A stretch of DNA of 64,000 nucleotides. Source: Candidatus Poribacteria bacterium. Lineage in GTDB: Bacteria > Poribacteria > WGA-4E > WGA-3G. Positions 9,771 through 20,886 of the stretch are shown in pieces. The DNA is taken from positions 1,312,001-1,376,000 of the forward strand of contig OZ242029.1 of NCBI GenBank assembly GCA_965205015.1, written 5' to 3'. The notes under the pieces were generated by a model that did no database searches, was not told where the DNA came from, and saw only the letters and a program-made list of their open reading frames with translations. How positions within the stretch are numbered: position 1 is the first letter of the stretch; every line of letters begins with the position of its first letter. Position numbers and translations under genes: made by a program.

Positions 9771-9889
9771 GTTCACCTCCAGAACCGCTTATGGTGGTTT
9801 TAGAATTAAGAAGGGTCTAAGGTCTCTTGAACTCTGACTGATAACTATAACAAGAATAGCAACCAGGCACTGGGATTCGGAGATCCCTC

Positions 9890-11194
9890 CTACAGAAGAG
9901 CGGAAATTTTTTCTCGGAGGCGTTGGTATGCCAGGTTTGCGCCAGCGATGTTGCCTGCAGCGGGACCTATTTGAAGTTGCGCGATAGTGCCAGATCCGAA
10001 GAGATTCTCGATGGGATGGAGTTGTAAATCGGTATCCAATCGTGGGAGTCCACAGACAAGCGGGACGTGGTGTTGTGTGAGTAATTCCCTTAAAAATCCG
10101 TATCGACGCAGGTCAAATCTATGCCCCGTTGCGAGGATAACGCGAGACACATCCGTAATCACGCCACGTGTCGTTTCAACCCTTAGTTTTCGCGCAGGCA
10201 GACTTCCTTCCTCCGTCGTGATGTTGTGGATACGGGTCTCAGGATAGATGTCAATGTTCGGGGTATGCAACAAGGCATCCATAATATCGGGCGTGATGCT
10301 CCCTTCCCCTCTGTTCTGTTGAATTGTCTCATAACGCCGCTGAAAATCGGTCTCGCTTGCGAATTCGGCGAGTGCTTTGGGACCTAACCACACCGGCGGA
10401 AAATCGAACTGCTCCGTCTTCAACGCTTTCCGAGCCATCAGTGCCACACTATGCCCGCGTTCGCTGAGACTTTTCGCAAGTGTCCCCGCCGTCAACCCAC
10501 CGCCAACGATAACAATTTGGTCTCCTTTGTAGGGGCTGGGTAACCCAGCCCCTACCTGCTTATCCTCACAATTCACCGAGAATTGGGAGGCGTGTAAAAT
10601 CTGATCAGGGTATCGACGTTGCCACTGGACGAACTCAGGAGGGACGTAAGCGCAATCGTCTGCTCCGATGGCAAGGACAACACAACTGCTCCGAAATCCT
10701 TCATTATTTGTTGAGATGAGGCGGAAGGGAAATCTACCTGCGCCTTTGTCCCACCGCAATTTCGCTACATCAAACTGATAATAGACCCGATGTTCTCTGA
10801 GTTCAGCAAGCGCACTTTTGCAGAAATCCCAAAAGAGTTGCGTGGAGGGTTGCGAATAGGGGGGTGCCAACGCATTCGTTCGGTTATGGCGTTCAGCATA
10901 TTCAACGATACCGAGCGCATCGGGCGTAATGTGATGGACAGCGGGTGAACGGAGAAACGTCATGCCTTGGCGTTCGGTTTTAGATCGCCATTGGGTGAGG
11001 GGTTGCGGATGCCGATCAACAATCGCGAGGCTTTTCGCGGCTGCTGGCATATCGCGGAGCAACCGGATTGCGATAGACACACCGTGTATCCCACCACCGA
11101 TGATGGTAATCGGGACGTTCCGATGTGCCAAGCGGCTGTCGGCTGTCGGCTGTCGGCAAAGAGGTCTTCTAACTGACGACTGGTGGCTATTCAT
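9890..11194 (-). CDS. FAD/NAD(P)-dependent monooxygenase-like protein (lysine N6-hydroxylase/SidA-related fold)
   Basis: Two Rossmann motifs IIGGGIHG and IVGGGLTA; LRSPAVHH; ILATG; GPAAGNIAGA. Confidence 0.75.
   Translation of the reverse strand: MNSHQSSVRRPLCRQPTADSRLAHRNVPITIIGGGIHGVSIAIRLLRDMPAAAKSLAIVDRHPQPLTQWRSKTERQGMTFLRSPAVHHITPDALGIVEYAERHNRTNALAPPYSQPSTQLFWDFCKSALAELREHRVYYQFDVAKLRWDKGAGRFPFRLISTNNEGFRSSCVVLAIGADDCAYVPPEFVQWQRRYPDQILHASQFSVNCEDKQVGAGLPSPYKGDQIVIVGGGLTAGTLAKSLSERGHSVALMARKALKTEQFDFPPVWLGPKALAEFASETDFQRRYETIQQNRGEGSITPDIMDALLHTPNIDIYPETRIHNITTEEGSLPARKLRVETTRGVITDVSRVILATGHRFDLRRYGFLRELLTQHHVPLVCGLPRLDTDLQLHPIENLFGSGTIAQLQIGPAAGNIAGANLAYQRLREKISALL
10529..10555. repeat. 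GTAG-type REP palindrome inside a CDS
   Basis: GTAGGGGCTGGG-TAA-CCCAGCCCCTAC: perfect 12-bp arms, 27 bp in total. Confidence 0.85.
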
Positions 11195-11205
11195 CCTGTA
11201 GAAAT

Positions 11206-12159
11206 CTAATCCGTATTCGGTGCTGGTAGATGTACGCTTTTCAACGCGAAGGTTTGTGACAACGGTTCATCAACGGCACGATAACGACTGTAACGATACT
11301 GGACAACCCCAACGGAGGGTGCGATCCAATAAATTGCGGGTGGACTAATTAAGAAAACCGACGGCTCTGGACTGTCTCCGTAGACGACCTCCTCGTGAAC
11401 GACATACGTCGTATAACTACCGGCGGGGACGGTAACCCGCTCATTGTCGCTTACGACATAGCGCGTAACCGTGACCGGTATTCCGGCGGTCTTCTCAAAA
11501 ACCACCCACTCTTTCCCGACTTCCAAAGGAAAATCCAAGAGACGACGCGGCGGAAAATGCTTTCGGTGAGATATACGGAGAAACCCGAGATTCTCAGCGT
11601 CTGGAAGGTACATGTCAAACGCGGATTCTATCAACGCCTGATGGGTCTTAGCAAAGTAAGTGGCAAAAATTGGGAACGAGAATCCGTCAAAAAATTCGGT
11701 TTCTATCCGCAAATAATATGCGTTCGCTACTAAGTGATCAACAGCCTCAACACTGAATTGGTCGGGCTCCCCGGTGGTCAATTCGCTGATGGTGAGTTGT
11801 CGATGCGTTGTGCCACTGACATCGCGTGTGCCTTCGACGCGCATTGTGAATTCCTGATTGGTATCAACATTGACATAAGTCCATGCGGAACCTGGAGCCG
11901 TTGGAAGATCAATCGCTTGGAATCCTCTGGTCTCAGGTGGTGGAAGTGTCGTTTCGCCGTACGGGTCAATCAGCCCCTCATCTCCACACCCCACCAACAG
12001 CAGGAAAAGAAGTATGATAGGAAAGGTTTTCGGTATTTGGCTGGAAGGTTGGAAGGCTAGAAGGATAGAGTCCGACGCTTCCACGCTTCCACGCTTCCAT
12101 TCCGGGCTCTTTGCCGACGGCTGACGGCTGACGGCTGACAACTGATAACTTTTCATCAC
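11206..12159 (-). CDS. hypothetical lipoprotein (start uncertain; first ~40 codons derive from repeats)
   Basis: Lipobox LVGC; ERVTVPAGSY...YWIAPSVGVVQ motif common in DUF3108-like beta proteins. Confidence 0.65.
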   Translation of the reverse strand: MMKSYQLSAVSRQPSAKSPEWKRGSVEASDSILLAFQPSSQIPKTFPIILLFLLLVGCGDEGLIDPYGETTLPPPETRGFQAIDLPTAPGSAWTYVNVDTNQEFTMRVEGTRDVSGTTHRQLTISELTTGEPDQFSVEAVDHLVANAYYLRIETEFFDGFSFPIFATYFAKTHQALIESAFDMYLPDAENLGFLRISHRKHFPPRRLLDFPLEVGKEWVVFEKTAGIPVTVTRYVVSDNERVTVPAGSYTTYVVHEEVVYGDSPEPSVFLISPPAIYWIAPSVGVVQYRYSRYRAVDEPLSQTFALKSVHLPAPNTD

Positions 12160-14762
12160 TTTATCACACTAAATTTGCCGGTGCTTTGGAATCCGTTTCC
12201 ATCGGTTGCCCGGAAGAAGTATAATCCGGTGCAGACCATTTCGCCGTGTGCGTTCGTGCAATCCCACTCGGAAGCCCCCTCCAGTACCTTAATTAAGTTT
12301 CCCAAAGCATCGTAGATTTCAACGGTTAAACCCTTCGGATAGAAGGTGAGGTGTTTGCCTTGTCCCGCATAAAGCGGGTTCGGTGCGACGACAACATTTC
12401 GGTTCTGGCTGTTTGCGACATAATTGAAGGTGCGTCCCTGCCATATCTGAGTGCCTGCTAAGCCGGCAGCGGTTTGTCCGCGTATTTTATAGAGATAGAT
12501 ACCTGTCGATGGAAACCCGTTCGTTCGGAGTGTTCCAAACCATCTCGTCTCGGTTTCTTGTGTCAAAAAAACAGTGTATTCATTTCTATTCGGACCCTCC
12601 ACTGTCAGGTGAGGTGAAGCTTGTAATGGGCGCGTGCTTTGGACTTCAACATTCCATTCGCCTATACCGTGGGGGTGCGTCCGAATGAAGAAGGCAGGTG
12701 CTCCACTCACGGTATCCACACCCGGCGTGATACTCTGCGGGACAATACTCGGTGTACCCATAAGTCCTATTGCGTCAACAGGCACAACGGCATAGTAATA
12801 GTGGAGATTGTTCGGATCAAAGAACTCGCTGTTGATATCAATTCCCTCAAAGACAGTGGGATCTTCAAACCGCGTTTGTGTGACATCAACACGCCCAACG
12901 ATGGCTATATCGTTTTCGGGAATACCGTTGCCATCGCTGTCGGCAGCAGCGAGCACTTCATCGGGATTCTGAAAAGGCAACGGGACATCCGTTTCATTCT
13001 GTAACATATAGCGTTTTCGGATGATTGCCACCTCTCGAATCTGCGCCGGATCGTCAACATTCCAAGTCACAAGAGGTCCGTTAGCACCTTGAACGACCTG
13101 TGCGCTTGAAAGCACACCTACCGGTGGCACGCCCGCCACATAGCTGACAGAGCCGCCAAAACTCCCACCCGGAATTACGACGCGCTCAACATCGGGGTGC
13201 ATATTAATTAAGATGAGCGTGATCTCCTGAATATCTCCGCCGAAATCCTTGAAGGTCATCTGTGCTTCTTGGGAACGGTGATAGGTAAACGCCTCCTTGA
13301 TTTGAGTGGTCCCATCCCGTTTCTTGACGATGAATTTGGCAGCCCATCCACGCAAACCGGTCCCTGCGTGCCGCTGCAGTTCGTCTTGAATGTTCTCCCG
13401 ATCATCAGGTGCCAAGTGTTGGAGGCTTATTGGTGCGAGATCGGCGCCATCAATTTTGACTGCGAATTCCGGCAGCAGACCTGCGGGACGGAAAACGATA
13501 TAGCGTGACGAGAAATGTTCAGGCATTGATTCGGAATCGAAATCGGAGCGAACCGGGTAACTGGCATGGACATCGTTGGGATGAATCGCGACCGGTGGGA
13601 AGCGGTGTGCGTTTCTATAGCCCGACATTCCAGTTGCTGTATTCGCACGGGTATGCGTGAAATAGTTCCAGACCGTGAAGGTCTTGAACGCCTCGGCAAG
13701 CGTGGTGCCGTTATTCGTAAAAACCTCGTAAAAATTGCCCATCTCTCGATAACTGCCATCGGTGGTGTTCTGGAAAAATTGGCGGACGATGTCGTATCCG
13801 AACCGCTCCGCCATATACAACGCCCAGATAACGGAGCCGTACTCGTGGTCGCCGATGCGGCTCTCAAGGGAAATATCTGGAATGAGAAACCAACGACGGA
13901 GTTGATGGATATAATAGTTATAGGAGTTGGTTTCGTTGGGTTCATCGGGATCGGGGAGCGTATCGCCATCGTCAATAACGCCGCCATCGTACGTCATGAC
14001 TTCTATCCACGTTGCGGACGCTTCCATGAACCATGTCGGCATATAAGCGTTATATCCGAACTGGACACCGTGCAGGAATTCATGTGTGCAGGTTGTCTCA
14101 AGATAGCGGATCCCCTCGGTTTTTCCAACGTAATCGTAGATACGGGAGTTAATCATGAAATAGGGAGCGACGGTCAGTACGGTGGATAAGACGCGTCCTT
14201 CAAACCAATCTGCGGTCGTGATACCGAGTGCTGGAAAGGTAAAGAGGTAGACATCGTATTTATGATTGCCACCGTTTTGTGCCGCCCAAAAGTCGATGTA
14301 GGGAATTTTGAAGTCCATTAGGTCAATTTGGACGTGATATGCGCGTTCCATTGCATCGGCACAGAGATCAATATAATCGGGAACGCCATTGCGCGGATGG
14401 AAATCTTCAAGCGGTGGTGCATGCGGTCCGACGCGCGTGTAATGGAGTTTAAAATGCGGCGTGTCGAACTTCTCTGGTAACTCTATCTCACCGAAGAAAC
14501 TGCCGGGCAGTCCGGGTCGCAGGAAAAGTCCTTTCAGTTTCTGCCGATGCACAGAGGGTAAGTTTCGCCAATTCTTAGCGATAGTGACAAAACTATCGGT
14601 TACACACTCGGTTATTTCGCTTGCGGTGTATCTCGGTTTGAGACGGGTGAATTGTTGAGCCGTTTGGATCGCGCGTTGGAGTTCGGGGTCTGGTGGAAGC
14701 GCGTGCACAAGAGGTAAGTATGTTATAAAGAGTGCAACGAGGGTTATAAACGATAATTTCAT
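12156..14762 (-). CDS. secreted zinc metalloprotease-like protein with T9SS/FlgD-like C-terminal domain
   Basis: Signal peptide; HEFLH plus WFMEASATW zincin motif; C-terminal APNP...IYDALGNLIK...WD...GLYFF...GKFSVIK. Confidence 0.75.
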   Translation of the reverse strand: MKLSFITLVALFITYLPLVHALPPDPELQRAIQTAQQFTRLKPRYTASEITECVTDSFVTIAKNWRNLPSVHRQKLKGLFLRPGLPGSFFGEIELPEKFDTPHFKLHYTRVGPHAPPLEDFHPRNGVPDYIDLCADAMERAYHVQIDLMDFKIPYIDFWAAQNGGNHKYDVYLFTFPALGITTADWFEGRVLSTVLTVAPYFMINSRIYDYVGKTEGIRYLETTCTHEFLHGVQFGYNAYMPTWFMEASATWIEVMTYDGGVIDDGDTLPDPDEPNETNSYNYYIHQLRRWFLIPDISLESRIGDHEYGSVIWALYMAERFGYDIVRQFFQNTTDGSYREMGNFYEVFTNNGTTLAEAFKTFTVWNYFTHTRANTATGMSGYRNAHRFPPVAIHPNDVHASYPVRSDFDSESMPEHFSSRYIVFRPAGLLPEFAVKIDGADLAPISLQHLAPDDRENIQDELQRHAGTGLRGWAAKFIVKKRDGTTQIKEAFTYHRSQEAQMTFKDFGGDIQEITLILINMHPDVERVVIPGGSFGGSVSYVAGVPPVGVLSSAQVVQGANGPLVTWNVDDPAQIREVAIIRKRYMLQNETDVPLPFQNPDEVLAAADSDGNGIPENDIAIVGRVDVTQTRFEDPTVFEGIDINSEFFDPNNLHYYYAVVPVDAIGLMGTPSIVPQSITPGVDTVSGAPAFFIRTHPHGIGEWNVEVQSTRPLQASPHLTVEGPNRNEYTVFLTQETETRWFGTLRTNGFPSTGIYLYKIRGQTAAGLAGTQIWQGRTFNYVANSQNRNVVVAPNPLYAGQGKHLTFYPKGLTVEIYDALGNLIKVLEGASEWDCTNAHGEMVCTGLYFFRATDGNGFQSTGKFSVIK

Positions 14763-14866
14763 ATTTTTTAATAGTTATCAGTTGTCAGTTGTCAGTTTTC
14801 GGTTAACAAGAGAGGTTTAACGCGCACGAAAACCCCCTTTAACTGATCACTGAAATCAACAACTGC

Positions 14867-15406
14867 TCAAGCAAAATGGGTTGGTTTTCCATCAAGGCTG
14901 GTGTGATTAGTTTCTTTCCAATATGCTTCTACGCCGTCTTCGCCCTTTTTCGCTGCCCACGCGTTTAACTGCTCCCTCTCACCGACATAATCATAAACCG
15001 GGACAGCCATTCCACACGAGGTTTGCACGAGGTCAACGTTGAGGTCAAAGATCTGCCTTGCTCCTGGGAGCGGCGTGAACAAAGGGAAGAGCAATTGCCA
15101 TTCGGCATCGTCTTTGTGTATCGTCTTCGCAGTGCCGTAGAGTCGGAGAATCATGGGATTATCTTGAAAAGCGGTAAACATAAGTGTCATTCGCGGGTTT
15201 TCCTGAACGTGCGCGGCGGTTTCATTCCCACTTCCCGTTACATTTAACCAAGCGACGCGGTTTGGACCCAAGACACGCAACGAATCCATGCCTTTCGGGG
15301 ACAGATTGATTCTGCTATCGGCTGTCGCGGTTGCGACAAAGAAGATTTTTTGTTCACTGATAAATTGCTGTAGTTTCTGGGGGATTTCAGTGTATAATTT
15401 TGACAT
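14867..15406 (-). CDS. pyridoxamine 5'-phosphate oxidase-family FMN-binding protein
   Basis: FFVATA, NLSPKG, TGSGNETAAH and VQTSCG motifs; start taken at MSKLY. Confidence 0.85.
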   Translation of the reverse strand: MSKLYTEIPQKLQQFISEQKIFFVATATADSRINLSPKGMDSLRVLGPNRVAWLNVTGSGNETAAHVQENPRMTLMFTAFQDNPMILRLYGTAKTIHKDDAEWQLLFPLFTPLPGARQIFDLNVDLVQTSCGMAVPVYDYVGEREQLNAWAAKKGEDGVEAYWKETNHTSLDGKPTHFA

Positions 15407-15478
15407 CGTGTTAAGCCCTTGCTGTTTTGAAGGCGGCCAAGATAAGATGTAATCCACTCAACCGCCGACTCAAAAAAC

Positions 15479-16261
15479 TTAATGCGCTTTGATTGCCCCC
15501 CACGTGAGGGCAAGTTTCCCTGCGGGTTCAACATCAAAGGCGATTTGGTAATTTTCCATGACCTCTTTGTCATCTAAGGCACGATGATAGACAGCGACAT
15601 CGTCAATCAAACCCTCAAAATAGAAGGGTTTGATAAAGGCATTCCGGTCGTGTCCGACTGCGACGACAACATGGCTGCGTGTATCGCGACTGTTTATCTT
15701 TCCATCCGCCTCGGCATCGAGTTCACCGTTGATATAGAGGAACTTTTTCTCGTCCTCACCCGCAGCAACGAACGTTACGTGCGTCCATTCGTCCGCTTCA
15801 ACAGCCGTCTCAGTTTTGAAGACACCGAATCCGTCGCCCCCTCTTTGGGTTTGTATCGTGCCATCCGCTAAAAGTTCCAGCCATGAATCACCCCCGCCCT
15901 GTGGATCATCGTCCCAGATAATAACTTTAGGACCCTCGGGTAGGGCTGCGGGTTTAATCCACATGGCGTAGGTCAGATCCTGTCCTGTGGTGGCGGCGCC
16001 CATGACGACATAATCTTCTTCACCGTTAAAACTGAGTGCGTCTCCGACAATGCCTTCTACAATTTTCGGGGCACCCTTAATCTCCCCATCGTTTTCACCG
16101 AGGGCATCCTTGGCGACCTTGGCATCGGTATCAGCCTTATCAAAGGTCCAATGCCCGCCTAATCCGTCTTCAAGAGATTGTGCGTGTGTCACCGCTATAG
16201 GCGCGGACGTGAAGACGAGAACTACCGCGCAAAAGAGTGTAAGGAATAGACCTAATTTCAT
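15479..16261 (-). CDS. secreted LamG-like jellyroll protein
   Basis: AGGAGG RBS; signal peptide; GHWTFD, ALSFNG, WTHV and GLIDDVAVYHRAL; C-terminal VEPAGKLALTWGAIK. Confidence 0.88.
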   Translation of the reverse strand: MKLGLFLTLFCAVVLVFTSAPIAVTHAQSLEDGLGGHWTFDKADTDAKVAKDALGENDGEIKGAPKIVEGIVGDALSFNGEEDYVVMGAATTGQDLTYAMWIKPAALPEGPKVIIWDDDPQGGGDSWLELLADGTIQTQRGGDGFGVFKTETAVEADEWTHVTFVAAGEDEKKFLYINGELDAEADGKINSRDTRSHVVVAVGHDRNAFIKPFYFEGLIDDVAVYHRALDDKEVMENYQIAFDVEPAGKLALTWGAIKAH

Positions 16262-16462
16262 TGGTTCACCTCCTGGGTTTGTAAACCCATGACGTGCAAT
16301 GTGTTCTTCTTGTAGAAGCGAAATGCTTGCCACTTTTATTTGATGTATATTATATATCGTTTTGGGGGTATATGCAAGGGAAACCTCTTCTTGGTCCAAA
16401 GCCTTTCAGTTACTGGAGATGTGTCAGCGAGGAAGAGATACGTCACGATCAGGAGCGCGCTT

Positions 16463-17104
16463 TTACAAATCTTTGAGGGTTGCCCATGTGGTTGCCAACT
16501 TATGGGTGGGTTCAACGGTGTGTGGTTCGGCACCCTCGATATCAGCAACGAATTCACCTTCATAGAGACGGATGTGGTCGAGCCAGACATCCGCTTTTTG
16601 TCCACCCATGATGATGCCAGCGCGTGTACTCACATCATCTGCTGTCATTTTGAACGTGATGAAGAATTCCTTCCACGTTTCAGACAGATTGATTGTCTGC
16701 CTCGCGTATTCGTTCCACGGATCGCCTTGATGTAGGATGCGCATGACGACAGTTCTCGGTTTTTCGCTCTTCGCCCACAAACTGTAGGTATAGGTGGTGC
16801 CTTTCTCCAGCGTGAAAGGTTGCTGATAGAACTGGACATGCCATACGGCGTTACCTGCGTTACTGATTTTGATATACACCACTTTCTTTCCGACAACGGG
16901 TTCGGCTTTTTTGCCTTCAGGTTGAAAGAGGGCGGTGGCATCGGCATGTGTCCAGTGGTGCCATGCTTCGAGGTTGAGGTCGAAATCACCATTTCTGAGA
17001 ATATTTTCAGGAGGCTTCTCGGCATAAGCGTGTGTTGCGAACCCGAAAAACACCGTCAATAGAAACAGATACATGTAAGTCAAAGTTCCGTGAGTTGTGT
17101 TCAT
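16463..17104 (-). CDS. secreted carbohydrate-binding (CBM4/9-like) protein
   Basis: Signal peptide; NILRNGDF, LEKGTTYTYSLWAKS and VWLDHIRL; C-terminal VEPTHKLATTWATLK. Confidence 0.82.
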   Translation of the reverse strand: MNTTHGTLTYMYLFLLTVFFGFATHAYAEKPPENILRNGDFDLNLEAWHHWTHADATALFQPEGKKAEPVVGKKVVYIKISNAGNAVWHVQFYQQPFTLEKGTTYTYSLWAKSEKPRTVVMRILHQGDPWNEYARQTINLSETWKEFFITFKMTADDVSTRAGIIMGGQKADVWLDHIRLYEGEFVADIEGAEPHTVEPTHKLATTWATLKDL

Positions 17105-17204
17105 CTCCACCTTCCTTGTCGTGCTCGCCGTCATGTTCTGAGTCATTTTCGCCGGGTTCCCCGTCATGGCTATGCTCACCACTTCCGAAGGGGTTTACCA
17201 TAAC

Positions 17205-17230
17205 AAAAAAGGCAGGTGATGCACCTGCCT
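17205..17230 (-). terminator. intrinsic terminator of the 23S-5S unit
   Basis: 9-bp stem AGGCAGGTG/CACCTGCCT followed by a T-run on the minus strand. Confidence 0.8.
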
Positions 17231-17241
17231 CTTGAAAGGAT

Positions 17242-17359
17242 TCCCGGCAACGACCTACTTTCCCGCGGGGTTGCCCCCGAAGTATCATCAGCGCTGAAGG
17301 GCTTAACTACCGTGTTCGGGATGGGAACGGGTGGGTCCCCTTCGCTATAGCCACCGGAA
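17242..17359 (-). rRNA. rrf: 5S rRNA
   Basis: Reverse complement contains CCCATCCCGAACACGGTAGTTAAG and GGGAAAGTAGGTCGTTGCCGG; ends approximate. Confidence 0.95.
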
Positions 17360-17449
17360 AATTGTTTGTATGGCTCAGTATGATGTCCGAGCCGTTACAA
17401 GAGTATTTGACAATTGTATATAATGTGAGGGGTCAGTAGAAGAGAAGAA

Positions 17450-20418
<2,969 letters not shown>

Positions 20419-20458
20419 GTAATCTTATTCTTCTACCGATTTACCCTCTATATACAAT

Positions 20459-20491
20459 TGTCAAAGAACAACGCCTATTCAATCATAGGCG
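20459..20491 (-). promoter_or_regulatory. boxA-like antitermination element with an upstream hairpin
   Basis: Minus-strand GTTCTTTGACA (boxA-like) preceded by hairpin CGCCTAT/ATAGGCG. Confidence 0.55.
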
Positions 20492-20492
20492 A

Positions 20493-20563
20493 TGGAGCTG
20501 AACGGGGTCGAACCGTTTTCTGCCACACTGATGGCAGATGCTCACCTGAATGAGCTACTCCTA
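20493..20563 (-). ncRNA. tRNA-like element (degenerate tRNA-Ala derivative without an anticodon)
   Basis: D-arm GCTCA/TGAGC; 7-bp stem TCTGCCA/TGGCAGA with a 6-nt loop; T-arm AACGG-TTCGACC-CCGTT; 3' CAGCTCCA; acceptor stem broken. Confidence 0.7.
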
Positions 20564-20582
20564 ACGTTCATCTATGGTATGT

Positions 20583-20611
20583 AGTATACCACAAAAAATT
20601 AACTTTGTCAA
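20583..20611 (-). promoter_or_regulatory. strong sigma70 promoter for the tRNA-like/23S/5S transcript
   Basis: TTGACA-17 bp-TATACT with TG extension and an AT-rich UP region. Confidence 0.85.
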
Positions 20612-20699
20612 ATTTATTTTGCAAAAAAATCTAATTTTCGCCAAATTTGACCCGTTATCGCTTTATTTTTTAGCGTGAAAGCCGAGCCTGTAACCCGGA

Positions 20700-20772
20700 T
20701 GGAGATGAGCGGATTTGAACCGCTGACCTTCTGGTTGCAAACCAGATGCTCTCCCAACTGAGCTACACCCCC
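20700..20772 (-). tRNA. tRNA-Ala(UGC), CCA not encoded
   Basis: Full cloverleaf; anticodon loop TTTGCAA; G3:U70 identity pair. Confidence 0.97.
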
Positions 20773-20786
20773 AAACGATCATATGT

Positions 20787-20865
20787 AGTATACACCAAAA
20801 AGCGATACATGTCAAATTTATTTTGCAACAGAGTTAAGTATACCACAAAAAGCGATACATGTCAA
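20787..20865 (-). promoter_or_regulatory. two tandem sigma70 promoters (50-bp duplication)
   Basis: TTGACA-17-TATACT at 20787-20815 and at 20837-20865. Confidence 0.85.
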
Positions 20866-20886
20866 ATTTATTTTCAATTTAATACG

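Noticed and set aside
9132-9803. 223-aa antisense ORF in the IS (and 29543-30235 in copy 2)
   Set aside because: Antisense to the transposase, runs through the TIR into different flanks and has no recognisable motifs.
20493-20563. Functional tRNA with an unusual anticodon (recoding or suppressor)
   Set aside because: 6-nt loop without U-turn geometry, no variable loop and a mispaired acceptor stem; reported only as a tRNA-like element.
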